Shown here: positions 62,862-64,000 of the stretch, one piece after another
Position numbering within the stretch: the first letter of the stretch is position 1
Layout of the letters: each line of letters begins with the position of its first letter
Notes under the pieces: model-generated
Seen by the model: only the letters and a program-made list of their open reading frames with translations
What the model was told of the DNA's origin: nothing
Database searches by the model: none
Assembly (NCBI GenBank): GCA_036257595.1
Contig: DATAFF010000135.1
Coordinates: 13,858-77,857 of the forward strand
Direction: 5' to 3'
Source: Aestuariivirgaceae bacterium
Lineage (GTDB): Bacteria > Pseudomonadota > Alphaproteobacteria > Rhizobiales > Aestuariivirgaceae
DNA: 64,000 bases
Made by a program: the position numbers and the translations under genes

Positions 62862-63434
62862 ATGAAACTGGTGATCACCGGCAAAAACCTCGACATGGGT
62901 GAGTCGCTGCGCAGCCGCATCGAGGAGCGGATTGCGACCGGCGTCGAGCGGCTGTTCGATGGCTCGGTGAAGTCCCAGGTCGTGATCGAGAAGCAGCGCG
63001 GCTTCTTCCACTGCGAATGCACGCTCAACCTGCCGACCGGGCTCACCCTGCAGGCCCATGGTCGGGGCGCCGACGCCCATACCGGCTTCGATGAGGCGGC
63101 ATCCCACCTCGAGCATCAGCTCAAACGATACAAGAAACGCCTCAGGGACCATCAGCAGTCGCGGACCGAGCCGGTCAAGGCATTCGCCGCCGCAAGCTAT
63201 GTCATCGCCGGCAGCCGCGAGGAAGCACCTGGAACGGACAGCCTCTCCCCGACCATCATCGCGGAGACCACCGCCGACATTCCCGAGCTGACGGTTGGAG
63301 AAGCCGTCTTGCAGCTCGAGATCTCCAACCTGCCCTTCGTATTGTTCAGAAACCGGGCCGACGCCGGATTCAATCTGGTGTATCGCCGTCACGATGGCCA
63401 TATAGGCTGGATCGATCCGGGACGGGCAGGATGA
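62862..63434 (+). CDS. hpf: Ribosome hibernation-promoting factor (long form)
   Basis: Trimmed to ATG 62862 (MKLVITGKNLDMGESLR...). The C-terminal dimerisation-type domain contains VLFRN. Confidence 0.9.
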   Translation: MKLVITGKNLDMGESLRSRIEERIATGVERLFDGSVKSQVVIEKQRGFFHCECTLNLPTGLTLQAHGRGADAHTGFDEAASHLEHQLKRYKKRLRDHQQSRTEPVKAFAAASYVIAGSREEAPGTDSLSPTIIAETTADIPELTVGEAVLQLEISNLPFVLFRNRADAGFNLVYRRHDGHIGWIDPGRAG

Positions 63435-63438
63435 TTCC

Positions 63439-63909
63439 ATGCAGCTGAGCGAAATCCTCCGTCTGGAAGGCGTGGTGCCGAACCTCAAGACAGCGAATAA
63501 GAAGCAGCTGCTGCAGGAGCTCGCCGCCCATGCCGGCCGCCTCACCAAGCTCGACCCGCGGGGTATCCTCGAGACCTTGCTCCGGCGGGAAAAGCTGGGC
63601 TCCACCGGTTTCGGCCATGGCATTGCCATCCCCCACGGGAAATTCGCTGGAATCGACCGTGTTCACGGCGTCTTTGCCAGGCTTGTCCAGCCGGTCGAGT
63701 TCGATGCGGTGGACGATCAGCCGGTCGATCTGGTGTTCGCCTTATTGGCGCCGGAGGCAGCGGGCGCCGATCATCTCAAAGCTCTTGCCCGCATCTCTCG
63801 GCTGTTCCGCGACCAGACCGTTGTCCAGAAGCTTCGGGGCACCACCGACCGCGAGGGTCTCTACGCCATTCTGACCGAACCCGCGGCCTCGGCCCCGCAC
63901 GCGGCTTAG
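63439..63909 (+). CDS. ptsN: PTS IIA-like nitrogen regulatory protein
   Basis: GSTGFGHGIAIPHG (phospho-His region), 156 aa. Confidence 0.92.
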   Translation: MQLSEILRLEGVVPNLKTANKKQLLQELAAHAGRLTKLDPRGILETLLRREKLGSTGFGHGIAIPHGKFAGIDRVHGVFARLVQPVEFDAVDDQPVDLVFALLAPEAAGADHLKALARISRLFRDQTVVQKLRGTTDREGLYAILTEPAASAPHAA

Positions 63910-64000
63910 TGTACGCTCATCGGCAGGAGATCGTGCTCGAAGGCATTGGCCATTGCCGCCTCGAAGCTTGCTGAGATCGCAAACGGCGTGCCGTCAGCCA
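63906..64000 (-). CDS. C-terminal fragment of a DUF1150-like protein (5' end outside the window)
   Basis: Minus-strand frame reads ...ADGTPFAISASFEAAMANAFEHDLLPMSVH*. The stop overlaps the ptsN stop. Family call from memory of the typical ...HDLEPVSVH ending. Confidence 0.45.
   Translation of the reverse strand, partial: ADGTPFAISASFEAAMANAFEHDLLPMSVH

Overview
High-GC (about two-thirds G+C by eye) alphaproteobacterial chromosome segment. Synteny looks Hyphomicrobiales/Rhizobiales-like: thrC-surf1-ctaEGBDC, ialB-tldD, and lptCAB-rpoN-hpf-ptsN. Most of the window is densely packed housekeeping. It holds the aa3 cytochrome c oxidase operon, tldD and pmbA, gshA, rsmE, ubiA, ribF, groESL with a CIRCE operator, hisG-hisZ-hisS, lutABC, glcDEF, a polyamine-type ABC transporter, tRNA-Leu(CAG), rnd, and the LPS-export/sigma-54 cluster. 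Many long ORFs in the supplied track are wrong-frame or antisense shadows typical of GC-rich DNA. I re-trimmed several starts by hand, added thrC (TTG start, runs off the window edge), and added a 54-aa ORF in the cox operon. I saw no CRISPR array, transposase, integrase, rRNA or recognisable defence system. The segments I consider worth a second look are listed below.
- A heptamer-built palindromic element, (TAGGCAG)n / (CCTACTG)n, occurs twice at gene 3' ends. It places TAG stops in all three frames, and it supplies the stop codons of glcF and hisG.
- A translationally coupled operon encodes a Tat-signal molybdopterin subunit, a 2Fe-2S subunit and a protein with two CxxCH motifs, with no FAD subunit.
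- A 1044-aa secreted protein fuses a multicopper oxidase to an FG-GAP-like repeat region.
- A more AT-rich accessory patch (about 43.7-52.5 kb) follows. It carries a GNAT, an orphan binding protein, a mutarotase, an oxalate decarboxylase and two orphan TadE-like genes.
- Two tandem DUF1127 genes lie divergent from a LysR regulator.
- A decayed low-GC stretch lies next to the tRNA.
All family assignments come from reading the translations, not from database searches.
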